A DNA stretch of 63,965 nucleotides, filler included, from Chiloscyllium plagiosum (taxonomy: Eukaryota): NCBI RefSeq assembly GCF_004010195.1. It is 4 parts of 2 records of this genome, joined end to end, with 100 filler letters (N's around TTAATTAATTAA, not from the genome) between each part and the next. Parts side by side here need not be neighbours in the genome. Positions count along the whole stretch, not along the records: positions 1 to 30,279 come from NC_057714.1; 3 more parts are not named here. The stretch is one strand, 5' to 3'. Shown here one piece after another: positions 10,760 to 23,564 of the stretch. A program made the position numbers and the translations under genes. The stretch's first letter is position 1. Each line of letters starts with the position of its first letter. A model generated the notes under the pieces. It saw nothing but the letters and a program-made list of their open reading frames with translations. It was not told where the DNA came from and did not search any database.

Positions 10760-13500
10760 CTCTGCTCGTTTTCACATCTATTTTTGTGTTATCTGCAAAC
10801 ATAGCTATAGCACATTCACATCCCTTATCCAAGTCATTGATATTTATTGTAAAGAATTGTGGCCCCCGTCACTAATCCCAATGGCACTCCACTAGTTTCA
10901 GGTTACTATCCTGAAAATGACCTCTTTATCCCAACTCTGAGTCTTCTATTAGTTAGATAATCCTTCATCCATACTTATATAGTCTCTCCCTTTATTCTTT
11001 CTGCTTGCTATCTTCTCAAATAACTGTAAAACTTGTCAGGCATGATTTCCCCTCCATGAAGCTATGCTTACTCTGTGTGATTATATTATGTATTTTATGA
11101 CGTTCTGCTATTACCTTGTTTATAATAGACTCTGACCTACACCTTTTTGAATAAAGGTGTCATATTGGCAGTTTTCCAATGCTCTGGGACTTTTCCAGAA
11201 ACTCAGTATTCTGGGGCAATTGCTATCAGTTTATCCAGTATCTCTGCACCTAGTTTCCTTATAATCCTTAAATGCATCCCATAAATCCGGGGAACGTATC
11301 TGCGTTAGGCCCCATTACTTTCCCTACCATTTGCTACTTTGATTATATTATTAGTCCTACAGTCACACTTGACTACTAAGTAAGTTTGGAATACATTAGT
11401 GTTCTCAACCATGATGACGGATGCAAAATATTGGTTCAACCTCTCTGCTATTTCCTGGTCACCCAGTCCCATTCTGTCAGGGGCCATGTTCATTTTGGCA
11501 TCTGTCTTCTTTTTAATATATTTAAAGAATCTCTGGTACTGTTAGTTGACCTTCATGGGTTACGGGTCATTTTCACTGCCTTCATTATATTTTGATCGTC
11601 TTTCATTGGTTTTAAAAACTTTACCAATTATCAGGCTTACTGTTATACGTCACCCAATTTCTATACTTTTCTTTCAATTCAATGCTATCCTTAACTTGTG
11701 TGGTTAACCATGGTTTGTTTATCCCCTTTCCAGTTGCCTTCTTTCTTACCGGTACATTTCTTTGTTGTGAGTCACAAACTACACTTGTACATGTCTGTCA
11801 TTATTTATCAACTGTCTTTTCTGCTAAACTCCTTTCCTTATCCACTCTGGATCACTCTATCCTAATTCCTGTGTAACTACCATAATTTACTTTTTGGATA
11901 GTTGTTTCTGACCCATGTTGCTCACTCTCAAACTGAATTATAAATTCTAGCATATTATGGTCAGTGCTCTTGAGGGGATCCCTTATAATATTTATCAAAC
12001 CTGCCTCATTATGCATTAACTCAATCAAAGATAGCCTGATTCCTGGTTAGATCCACAACATATTGTTCCCTGAAACTGTCCCAAATATACTCTGAGTTCT
12101 TCCTCATGTCTACATTGGCCAATTTAATTTTCCCAATCAGCGTTTGAATTAAAGTCATCCATGATCAATGTATTGGCGTTTTTACATGACTTCCCCATCT
12201 CCTGATTTGTTCTTTGACCAAAGAACAGTTATTCATAGGAGGCCTATAGACCACTCTCACACAAAATGTCTTCTTGCCCTTTGATAAGACAAAGAACTGC
12301 AAATGCTGAAGTTCTGAAACAAAAATAGAAATTTCTGGAGAAACTTAGCAGGTCCAGCACTATCTGAGAGAGTTGAAAGTTTAGATGGGTCACTGAACTC
12401 GAAACATCAACTTTGCTTTCTTTTCACAAATGCTACCAGACCTATTGAGTTTCTCCAGAAATTTCTGCTGTTTTCTTCTTCTTCCCCTTTTATTTCTTAC
12501 ACCTACTGATATAAAATTATAAAGATGTACAGCACGGAAACATACCCATCGGTCCAACTCACCCATGTCAACCAGATATCCAAAATTAATCTAGACCCAT
12601 TTGCCAGCATTTGGCCCATATCCCTCTAAACCCTTCCTATTCATGTACCCATCCAGATGCCTTTTAAATGTTGTAATTGTACCAACCTCCATCACTTCCT
12701 CGGCAGCTCATTCCATAAATGTACCACCCTCTGCATGAAAACATTACCCCTTAGGTCCCTAGATTTGGACTCCCCTACCCTGGGAAAAGACCTTGTCTAT
12801 TTACCCTATACATGCCCCTTATAATTTTATAAACCTCTATAATATCATTCCTCAGCCTCCGACACTCCAGGGAAAATAGCTCCAGCCTATTCAGCCTCTC
12901 CCTATAGCACAAATTCTCCAACCCTGGCAACATCCTTGTAAATCTTTTCTGATTCTGCATAATGTGATTCTCAATATTACGATCTTGCTGTCTTACTTAT
13001 TTTATCTCATACCAACAAAGCTACACCACCATCTTTTTAAAAAGTCCATTTCAAAGATCACATACTTCTGAATATTTAGTTCCCAGCTTTGATCTCCTTG
13101 TCTCTATAATAGTTATAAGATCATACTCATTAATATCTGGGTATGTAATTATTTTGTTCAAAGCATTATGTGCATTTAAGTAAAGAAATATTAATTTGGT
13201 CTTTTTTTATCATTTTTTCCTCTTTGATTGTATTTGCTAGTTTTAAAAATGCTTTTAACCTCTGTCCCTTCCTGTTCCCTTCTGGGTATTATTTTCAAAA
13301 TTGTTGTATTACCATGTCCCTATATCCTTTTACTTTGTAAGCCTATTGTTCCCTGTTCGTCCTCGCATTAGCTTAAAGCCCACTCTACAGCTCTAGTCAT
13401 TTGATTTGCCAGTATACTTGTCCTGGCATGACTGGATCCTATGAATAACTGGTTCTTTGGTCAAAGAACAAATCAGGAGATGGGGAAGTCATGAATACCC
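10760..13500 (-). mobile_element. Old fragmented CR1 with a nested PLE-type inverted-repeat element (about 12285-12475) and a younger HER1 3' end (about 12520-12955)
   Basis: DQEIAERLNQYFASV and RFTRMLPGLENLCYRERLNRLELFSLE translations. Confidence 0.65.
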
Positions 13501-13531
13501 ATCAGGGTAACTAAATGCTAAGATTACATAG

Positions 13532-13981
13532 AGGGCAGCACAGTGGCTCAGTGGTTAGCCTCACAGCACCAGAGATGAAAATGTGTTGCTGGAAAAGCGC
13601 AGCAGGTCAGGCAGCATCCAAGGAGCAGGAGAATCGACGTTTCGGGCAAGACCCCTTCTTCAGGAATTCTTCACAGCACCAGAGACCCAGGTTCAGTTCC
13701 CACCTTAGGCAGCTGTCTACGTGGAGTTTGTATATTCTCCGTGTCTGTGTGGGTTTCCTCTGGGTGCTCTGGTTTCCTACCACATTCCAAAGAAGTGCAG
13801 GTTAAGTGAATTGGTCATGCTAAATTGCCCGCAATGTTCAGGGTTGTGTAGATTTAAGTGCATTAGTCTGAGATAAAAATGTAGAGTCGTAGGGGAATGG
13901 GTCTTGGTTGGTTACTCTTCAGAGGTTGGTGTGGACTTGGGCCAAAGGGCTTGTTTTCACACTGTCAGGATTCTATTCTAT
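13532..13981 (+). mobile_element. HE1-like SINE with a PLE terminus inserted at 13576-13670 (15-bp TSD)
   Basis: tcacagcaccagaga at 13561-13575 and 13671-13685 flanks a minus-strand PLE end carrying CTGAAGA...GAAACGTC. Confidence 0.8.
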
Positions 13982-15094
13982 GAATCTATCATGCTAAGTT
14001 TCATTCTGGATTCTGACTTGTCCAATAATTTCATTAACTGGAGTCATAATATTACTCATTACCTTCATCTCTGATTTCCTGATTTCTGCCATGCCCCACA
14101 GTATGATTGCATATTGATGGCCTTTAAACAACTTCCATCAATGTCTGTTGCTTCTTGCTGTTTCTTAGTTCCATCCAAAGTGATTCTACACCTCGATACT
14201 TGGGATCTACGATCTCTGTCTTGCTAATGTATTGATATTGTCCCTTTATTAAGAATCCTTTTTTCTTTGGGCTATCCCTCCCAAGTTCAGTTCCCAATCT
14301 TGGTCATCCTGGAATCATTTCTCCGTAACGGCAATTAAATCACATCCATTTATCTCAATTTGTGCATTCAACTCATCAACCCTTTTGTAAAAGCTATATG
14401 TATTCAATACATTAAGGGTTCTCCTTCTCTCCGCAAGGTCCACTGTTTAATGAGCTAGCTCTCAATCTCCGATTACTGGACTGTTTTACAGTCTCACTCT
14501 CTCTCTCCAAATGCTGGGCAGCTTTGAGGGTTTTCTCTCTATCCTAATTTGGCAATGTTTTGTGGGCTCTATCTAGTTCTTGTACTCTTGTTGTACCTTC
14601 CAGTGATGGGATCAGGTACCACTGGCAGAAACACAGGTCAAATAAAAATTGCATTAGGATCTAAACTATGGTGATACGCTCATGGTGACACCACTGCACT
14701 GAGACATACTTCCTAATTGTCTAGTTGACGCTATTGCCCACTGGGAATCATGTTGTTCAACATTAATATTTTTGCTGATGTACAACATGGTTTACTCCCT
14801 GCCCCCCTGCAATAACTCAGCAAACCATTGAGCTGCATCATGTCATAGCTCAGAGCTCCAATGAAGAGGAATGAAATGCCTGCCAACAGCCTCATGAATG
14901 AAATGAACATGACTGCCCCCTGATTCATCATGCTACTCGTTTATGGTTACAATCTGGAATGCAAAGGACAAAACAGCCACTAAGGCATCTCAACCATATC
15001 GCCAGCAAAAAGTCACCATCACATGAGGAATACATGTTCAAATGAACTCACTGGCAATTGTAAACTATCCTGTTAAAATGTAGTGCTGACTCAC

Positions 15095-15196
15095 TGTCAC
15101 AGGGGTCAATTGGGTGGCAGCTAATATTCATCGATGATTGATCACCATTCATGGTTGATTGCGAAGGATCGCAGGTTGAGTCAGTGGTATCTAATG
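15095..15196 (-). CDS. Exon Y2 (102 nt, phase 1-1): (T)LDTTDSTCDPSQSTMNGDQSSMNISCHPIDPCD
   Basis: Acceptor cttcttctgttttcacAG, donor GTGAGT; paralogous to Y1; intron homology at about 14910-14950 versus about 19800-19840. Confidence 0.75.
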
Positions 15197-15489
15197 CTGT
15201 GAAAACAGAAGAAGTTGTCACTTAACATCTATTACAGGCTGACATTTTTTTGCAGGAAACTTAACAAGGAAAGAGTAAAATGATACAAATAATGAAAGAT
15301 AGGATCTGCAGAATAGTCAATTATTCTCATAACATTAATTCTGTTTCTCTCTCCACAAAGGCTGCCAGCCCGGCTGAGCTCCTCTAGCATTCTCCGTGTT
15401 TCTTTAAAGGAAGATAATTTAACTTAAGGGAATATTTCTATAGGGTCTTTAAAAGCTGAAAGATTTATGGTTACATGTACATTAACTTG

Positions 15490-16098
15490 GTCAGAGTATT
15501 GAGTACAGGAGTTGGGAGGTCATATTGTGGCTGTACAGGACATTGGTTAGGCCACTTTTGGAATACTGCGTGCAATTCTGGTCTCTTTTTTATCAGAAAG
15601 ATGTTCTGAAACTTGAAAGGGTTCAGAAAACAGGGAATTTGCCAGGGTTGGAGGATTTGAGCTATACGGAGAGGTTGAATAGGCTGGGGCTGTTTTCTCT
15701 GGAGTGTCGGAGGCCGAGGGGTGACCTTATAGAGGTTTATAAAATCATAAGGGTCATGGATAGGGTAATAGACAAGGTATTTTCCCTGGGGTGGAGTTCT
15801 CTAGAACTAGAGGGCATAGGTTTAGGGTGAGAGAGAAAAGATATAAAAGAGACCTAAGGGGCAACTTTCTCATACAAAGGGTGGTGCGTGAATGGAATGG
15901 GCTGCCAGAGGAAGTGGTGGAGGCTGGTACAATTGCAACATTTAAAAGGCATCTGGATGGGTATATGAATAGGACAAGCTTGGAGGGATATGGGGCGGGT
16001 GCTGGCAGGTGGGACTAGATTGGGTTGGGATATCTGGTCGGCGTGGATGAGTTGGGCTGAAAGGTCTGTTTCTGTGCTGTACATCTCTATGACTCTAA
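15490..16098 (+). mobile_element. HER1/CR1 LINE 3' end
   Basis: LYRTLVRPLLEYCVQFWS, RGDLIEVYKI, RTRGHRFRVR...WNGLPEEVVEAG; ctatgactct tail. Confidence 0.9.
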
Positions 16099-17149
16099 CT
16101 GATGAAGGTGGCAGGATGAAAAATCAGGAAGGTATGAACATTAATATTTCAGTTGACTTACTGCCAGATTCCAGGGTTGCTGTGAAAAGAAAAGAACAGA
16201 ACATCAACATTTATTAATTATTTAGTCTGAACACTGCTCCTGAAGAATAGTATCATGAGTATATTAATTTTTTTTATTCATTCATGGAACGTGCTGCACC
16301 ATTTATTGCCCATTCCTAATTGCCCCGGCGAAGGTGAAGGGGAGCTGCATTCTTGAACCACTGCAGTCTTTGGGAGTGTGGATACCCCCTGTACTGTTAG
16401 GATAGAACCCAGGATTGAGGCAACGACAGTGACGGAACAGTGATATGTTTCAATGTCAGGATGGTAAGGGGCTTGGAGGGCACTTGCAGGAAGTCGTGCT
16501 CCCATGTATCTGATGCCCTTGTCCTTATAGGTAGAAGTGGTCCTGGATTTGGAAGTTGCCGTCAGAGCAAATTGCTGCAGTACATCTCGTAGATGGTGTA
16601 CACGTTTGCCATTGTCAATTAGTAGCGGAGAGAGTGAACGCTGAAGGTGGATGTGCATGGGGTGCCCATCAAGTAGGCATCTTTGCCATGGATGGTGACA
16701 AGCTTCTTGAATGTTGTTGGAGCTACATTTGTCCAGTGGTGGAGACTACTCCTCCACCCTTTTGATATGTATCTTGTAGGTTTGGAAACACAGGAGATTT
16801 GGTGGTATTATCATTAGATGATCAATAAGCGATCCAGGAAATGTTCTGGAGACCCGAGTTCGAATCTTGCCATGGCAGATGGTGGAGTTTGAATTCAATA
16901 AAAATCTGGAAAAGTAAGAGTCTAATGATGACCATGAAACCATTGTCGATGGCCAAAGAAACCCATCAGGGTTTATGAAAAGAAACTGCACTCCTTATCT
17001 GGTATGGCCTTCACGTGATTCCAGATTCACAGTAATGTGGTTGACTTTAAACTGCTCTCCGGGGATAGACAATAAATGGTGGCCTAGCCAATGACACCCA
17101 CATCCCATGAGTAAATAAAAAAAAGGTGAATGTTGTAGTCATAGCGGAA

Positions 17150-17440
17150 ACAAAAAAAAAATGCTGGAGATCACAGCAGGCCAGGCAGCATCCATGGAAA
17201 GAGAGCAAGCTGACGTTTCAAGTCTAGACGACTCTTCATCAGAGCTGACGTGAAGTTGGAGGAAGCAAATTGCATAAACGCTGCCCCCTCCACACTTCAC
17301 ATCAGCTCTGATGAAGAACCGTCTCGACTCCTTGCTGTCACCTTGCTGTCTCTCTCTATGGGTGCTGCCTGACCCACTGTGACCTCCAGCATTTTTTGTT
17401 TACAGTATAGATTCAAGCATCTCCAATAATTTGCACCTGC
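17150..17440. mobile_element. PLE-derived inverted-repeat element with a hammerhead motif (minus strand, 17209-17245)
   Basis: Minus strand gct-CTGATGA-a-gagtc(gtcta)gactt-GAA-ACGT-C-agc; imperfect inverted arms. Confidence 0.6.
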
Positions 17441-17711
17441 CTACATTATAGTCATAGTGTTAATTTAACCAGTTAATATTCTGGTCAATGGTAATGCCCA
17501 GGACTTTAATAGTACAGGATTCTGAGATCCAAAGTAATGCGTATGAGATTCTGGGCTTTATAAATAAAGGCAACCCCTATTCAGGAGTAGGAGGCAATAT
17601 AGAACAATAAAATCAGCCTGGAGCTTATTGAACGGTATAGCAGCCTCAAGGGGTCTGATGACTGGCTCCTAATTCATACGTGTCATACATTAGTGTATTT
17701 TACCAACTCAC

Positions 17712-17825
17712 TGTCAAATGTATCAGTAAAGGTGTGACTGCTAATATCCAATGAAGACTCTGATTGATCGCTATCCTGGGTCTGAAACAGTTGGTTCAAC
17801 ATCAGGTCACTCATATCATCAGTAG
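17712..17825 (-). CDS. Exon X2 (114 nt, phase 1-1): (T)TDDMSDLMLNQLFQTQDSDQSESSLDISSHTFTDTFD
   Basis: Acceptor ttttgctctcttttcacAG, donor GTGAGT; lies inside ORF 17683-17988; invariant SDLMLNQLFQTQ. Confidence 0.8.
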
Positions 17826-18327
17826 CTGTGAAAAGAGAGCAAAATGAAAGATCCCCCATTGAACATTTGTGTGTTAACTTCAATATAATCAGCAGGCTTT
17901 TAACACTAAACAGTTTCTGGTACAATAGAACAAACGCAAAATATTGTCGATACTGCCTATCTGAGATTTTCAAAAAGTCTAGAAACATCTGTGGAGAGAA
18001 AATAATTAGACAAAGTTCTGATGAAATGTCAATAATCTGAAATCATAAGGGGAGGGGATGGCCTTGTTTGGTATTATTGCTAGATCATTAATTCAGAGAC
18101 GTGGTAATGTTCTGCGGATCCGGGTTTAAATCCTATCATGACAGATGGTGGAATGTGACTTCAATAAATAACTGGAATTAGGAGTCTAATATTGACCATG
18201 AAATCATTGTCAAGTGTTAGAAAAACCCATATGTTTCACAAATGTCCTTTAAGGAAGGAAACTACCATGCTCACCTGGTCTGGACTACATTTGACTCCAG
18301 ACCCACAGCAACATGGTTAAAAATGTG

Positions 18328-18660
18328 GGGCGGCACAGTGGTTAGCACCACTGCCTCATGGCACCGGAGACCTGAGTTCGATTCCAGTCTCATGCAACCG
18401 TCTGTGTGGAGTTTGCACATTCTCTCTGTGTGGGCTTCCTCTGGGAGCTCTGGTTTTCTCCTCCAGGTTAAGTGGACTGGCCATTAAATTGTCCACAGTG
18501 TTCAGGGATGTGCAGGTAGGTGGTTAAGTAATGAGAAATGCAGGGTTACAGGGACAGGATAGTGTAGGGGGTGAGTTAGTTTGGGTGGCATGTTCGTTGG
18601 AGGGTTGGTGTGGACTCAATAGGCCGAGTGGCCTGCTTCCATACTGAAGGAATTCTATGA
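18328..18660 (+). mobile_element. HE1-like SINE (older copy)
   Basis: ggcggcacagtggttagcacc head; ctgtgtggagtttgcacattctc body; attctatga tail. Confidence 0.75.
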
Positions 18661-19994
18661 TGAGCTATGAATTTTTAACTGCCCTCTGGACAATTAAAGA
18701 TGGGCAAAAAATATTGGCCTGGCCAGCAATGCCCACGTGAATGAATTGTTAAAAATGCTCTTCATGGTATTCCAGTGAAGCAGCTGGAGCCTCAGTGTCT
18801 CCTTCACCACAAGGAGTTATATTGAATCATTCTCAGCTTCACAATCCATCAATTTAGCAAAAGGAAGATTGCCTGGAGGAAGGAGAAGGAAGGAATAGAG
18901 TTCTTCTGATAACTGTTGCAGCAACAATGATGATAACAATGTGGACATTCAAAAGGATTAGAATGCCACCCAGGCCAACTCAAGATCTATGAACAAAGCC
19001 TGTGCTGCTGACTCTTTCTTGCGGGTTGCTGAATGTTAATCTTTAATCAATTTTAAGCACCCAGCATATGTCGTTTCACTATATAAAGGAGAGTCTCACA
19101 TATATACTGAGTTGGTCACTGAGTTCAGGTTCCTGAAATGAATAACAGTTAACCCAGGATAAATATTTCAGAAAAGAGATACCAAATTCTGCCATGGCAG
19201 ATTGTGAATGTGAAATCAGCTTTTCTTAAAAAAAAAGCTGAAAAGATAAGTCTAGAACCAAAAACATTGACCAGCAAACAAAACCCACTGTAGGGCTTGG
19301 TTAACTCAATTAACTGAATTACTAGCATATGGCTCAGATTATCATCAACAGCATGGGATTCAAGGTCATTGTGTGGCTTACTACCTTGCCCTACCCATAG
19401 TCAAAAATCAAGGCCCTTTGCCAAAGGTCAACGAATAATCCCTGAGGGCCTTTGTTCACAGAACTGAAGAAGAAAGTTCCACCTTCACTCAAGTCCAGGA
19501 GCATTAAAAGATGACAATTTGTGCAAAATTTGGATTCTATGCTGATCTAGGTCATAGCAAGGCCAAACAAACCATTTGAATGCATCAAATCATGTCTCTG
19601 AACTCCAAGGAGCAATGATATCCCGAATGAAGTAACCATTTTCTCTACTTATAAATTCTGTGCCCGTTTGCTTCCCTCCACTTCACTTGACCAAACATCC
19701 AAAAGCTTGGGATTTCAAATAAAGCTGTTGGTGTTGTTTGATTTCTGACTTCATCCACCCCAGTCCAACAACGGCACCTCCACATTATGAAATAAATATG
19801 ACTGCCGCCTGGTTCATCATGTTCCTAGTTTATGGTTTTTGATCATTATTGGGCAGGACACAACTACCACCATGGATTTACAGACATCACCAGTGTCAGA
19901 TCATTATCACGTGAGGTACAGTCTTTCAGGTGAACTCATTCATCATTCTGAAACATCCTAAGCACTTGTATATTCACTACATTTGTTCACTCAC

Positions 19995-20099
19995 TTTCAC
20001 AAGTTCCATTAAGTGGGTAGCTGCTAGCATTCATTGACGAATCTTCAGTATCTGTGGTCGAAAGCAAAGCATTGAAAGTTATATCAGTTGAATCTAACA
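19995..20099 (-). CDS. Exon Y1 (105 nt, phase 1-1): (L)LDSTDITFNALLSTTDTEDSSMNASSYPLNGTCE
   Basis: Acceptor catgtgttttcAG, donor GTGAGT; paralogous to Y2. Confidence 0.75.
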
Positions 20100-20984
20100 C
20101 TGAAAACACATGTTCTCAATTAACATTTATACTTGGAACACCCAGACATGTAGCAGAATGAATTTAATGCTGAGAAGTATGAAGTGACACATAGCGGCAG
20201 AAAAATATGTGGAAAAGCAATATAAGTTAAAAGAATTAAATTCTAAATGGTGTGCAAGAGCTGGGGAAGCTGCTAATGTACGTGTATATACTGGTATAGC
20301 TGGCTGAGCTGAGAAATCTGTCAGGATGGGATTTATAACTAAAGATAGAAACTAGAGATAGAAATTCACCAAAGATCCTTAAACAGCACCTTCCAAATCC
20401 ATGACCACTTCCAGACGGACAAGGGCTGCAGGTAGATGGGAACACCACCACCTGCAAGTTCCACTCGAATCCACTCACTATCCTCATTTGGAAAGATTAC
20501 CATCACTGTTGGGTCAAAATCCTCAAACTTCCTGCCTAAGGGCATTAAGTGTCAACCTACATCATCTTCTCAAGGACAACCAGTAATCAACATCTCTAAC
20601 TTAACAGTATCCAACCATCTCTCATTGACATTTAAGTCATTATCATGGTGGGCTTTTACAGACCAAAACTTTAGCTGGACCAGCCACTAAAAATATCTTG
20701 TACCAGGACATGCAGGTCAGAGGCTTGGAGCACAATGGCAAATGATGCTCTTCCTTTTTGCCTAAAGCCTATCCAGTCTTTACATGGCATGAGTCAGGAG
20801 GTGACAAAATATTCTCCTGAGTGACTGGACCTCCCAACAACTCAAGAAGCTCAACACCATCTTAAACAAAACAGTTCATAAGATCAACATTTCATCTTTA
20901 AATATCACTCATTTAGCCACTGGTTGACAGTTACAGGGTCTTTTCAGAAACGTCATTCTTTATAGTTGCTGGGTCAAAATTCTG

Positions 20985-23558
20985 GAACTCCCTAAAATCA
21001 TTGAGGCTGTATATCATAGAGAACTCCCTAAAATCACCGAGGCTGTATATCATAGAGAACTCCCTAAAATCACTGAGGCTGTATATCATAGAGAACTCCC
21101 TAAAATCACCAAGGGTGTGTATCATAGAGAACTCCCTAAAATCACCGAGGCTGTGTATCTTAGAGAACTCCCTAAAATCACTGAGGCTGTATATCTTAGA
21201 GAACTCCCTAAAATCACTGAGGCTGTATATCATAGAGAACTCCCTAAAATCACTGAGGCTGTATATCATAGAGAACTCCCTAAAATCACTGAGGCTGGAG
21301 ATCATAGAGAACTCCCTAAAATCACTGAGGCTGGAGATCATAGAGAACTCCCTAAAATCACTGAGGCTGGAGATCATAGAGAACTCCCTAAAATCACTGA
21401 GGCTGGAGATCATAGAGAACTCCCTAAAATCACTGAGGCTGGAGATCATAGAGAACTCCCTAAAATCACTGAGGCTGGAGATCATAGAGAACTCCCTAAA
21501 ATCACTGAGGCTGGAGATCATAGAGAACTCCCTAAAATCACTGAGGCTGGAGATCATAGAGAACTCCCTAAAATCACTGAGGCTGGAGATCATAGAGAAC
21601 TCCCTAAAATCACTGAGGCTGGAGATCATAGAGAACTCCCTAANNNNNNNNNNNNNNNNNNNNNNNNNNNNNNNNNNNNNNNNNNNNNNNNNNNNNNNNN
21701 NNNNNNNNNNNNNNNNNNNNNNNNNNNNNNNNNNNNNNNNNNNNNNNNNNNNNNNNNNNNNNNNNNNNNNNNNNNNNNNNNNNNNNNNNNNNNNNNNNNN
21801 NNNNNNNNNNNNNNNNNNNNNNNNNNNNNNNNNNNNNNNNNNNNNNNNNNNNNNNNNNNNNNNNNNNNNNNNNNNNNNNNNNNNNNNNNNNNNNNNNNNN
21901 NNNNNNNNNNNNNNNNNNNNNNNNNNNNNNNNNNNNNNNNNNNNNNNNNNNNNNNNNNNNNNNNNNNNNNNNNNNNNNNNNNNNNNNNNNNNNNNNNNNN
22001 NNNNNNNNNNNNNNNNNNNNNNNNNNNNNNNNNNNNNNNNNNNNNNNNNNNNNNNNNNNNNNNNNNNNNNNNNNNNNNNNNNNNNNNNNNNNNNNNNNNN
22101 NNNNNNNNNNNNNNNNNNNNNNNNNNNNNNNNNNNNNNNNNNNNNNNNNNNNNNNNNNNNNNNNNNNNNNNNNNNNNNNNNNNNNNNNNNNNNNNNNNNN
22201 NNNNNNNNNNNNNNNNNNNNNNNNNNNNNNNNNNNNNNNNNNNNNNNNNNNNNNNNNNNNNNNNNNNNNNNNNNNNNNNNNNNNNNNNNNNNNNNNNNNN
22301 NNNNNNNNNNNNNNNNNNNNNNNNNNNNNNNNNNNNNNNNNNNNNNNNNNNNNNNNNNNNNNNNNNNNNNNNNNNNNNNNNNNNNNNNNNNNNNNNNNNN
22401 NNNNNNNNNNNNNNNNNNNNNNNNNNNTGTGTATCATAGAGAACTCCCTAAAATCACCGAGGGTGTGTATCTTAGAGAACTCCCTAAAATCACTGAGGCT
22501 GTACATCATAGAGAACTCCCTAAAATCATTGAGGCTGTATATCATAGAGAACTCCCTAAAATCACCGAGGGTGTGTATCATAGAGAACTCCCTAAAATCA
22601 CCGAGGGTGTGTATCATAGAGAACTCCCTAAAATCACCGAGGGTGTGTATCATAGAGAACTCCCTAAAATCACCGAGGGTGTGTATCATAGAGAACTCCC
22701 TAAAATCACCGAGGGTGTGTATCATAGAGAACTCCCTAAAATCACCGAGGGTGTATATCATAGAGAACTCCCTAAAATCACCGAGGCTGTATATCATAGA
22801 GAACTCCCTAAAATCACTGAGGCTGTACATCATAGAGAACTCCCTAAAATCACTGAGGCTGTACATCATAGAGAACTCCCTAAAATCACCGAGGGTGTGT
22901 ATCTTAGAGAACTCCCTAAAATCACTGAGGCTGTATATCATAGAGAACTCCCGAAAATCACTGAGGCTGTATATCATAGAGAACTCCCTAAAATCACCGA
23001 GGGTGTGTATCATAGAGAACTCCCTAAAATCACTGAGGTTGTATATCATAGAGAACTCCCTAAAATCACTGAGACTGTATATCACAGAGAACTCCCTAAA
23101 ATCACTGAGGTTGTATATCATAGAGAACTCCCTAAAATCACTGAGGCTGTGTATCTTAGAGAACTCCCTAAAATCACTGAGGCTGTATATCATAGAGAAT
23201 CCCCTAAAATCACTGAGGCTGGATATCATAGAGAATTCCCTAAAATCACTGAGGCTGTATATCATAGAGAATACCCTAAAATCACTGAGGCTGGATATCA
23301 TAGAGAACTCCCTAAAATCACTGAGGCTGTATATCTTAGAGAACTCCCTAAAATCACTGAGGCTGTATATCATAGAGAATCCCCTAAAATCACTGAGGCT
23401 GGATATCATAGAGAACTCCCTAAAATCACTGAGGCTGTATATCATAGAGAATACCCTAAAATCACTGAGGCTGGATATCATAGAGAATTCCCTAAAATCA
23501 CTGAGGCTGTATATCTTAGAAAACTCCCTAAAATCACTGAGGCTGTATATCATAGAGA
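20985..23558. repeat. 36-bp minisatellite (GAGAACTCCCTAAAATCACTGAGGCTGTATATCATA)n spanning an N gap
   Basis: Directly visible head-to-tail array; the 12-aa periodic ORFs on both strands are by-products. Confidence 0.97.
21644..22427. other. Assembly gap (784 N) inside the minisatellite
   Basis: Run of N. Confidence 0.99.
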
Positions 23559-23564
23559 CATTGC

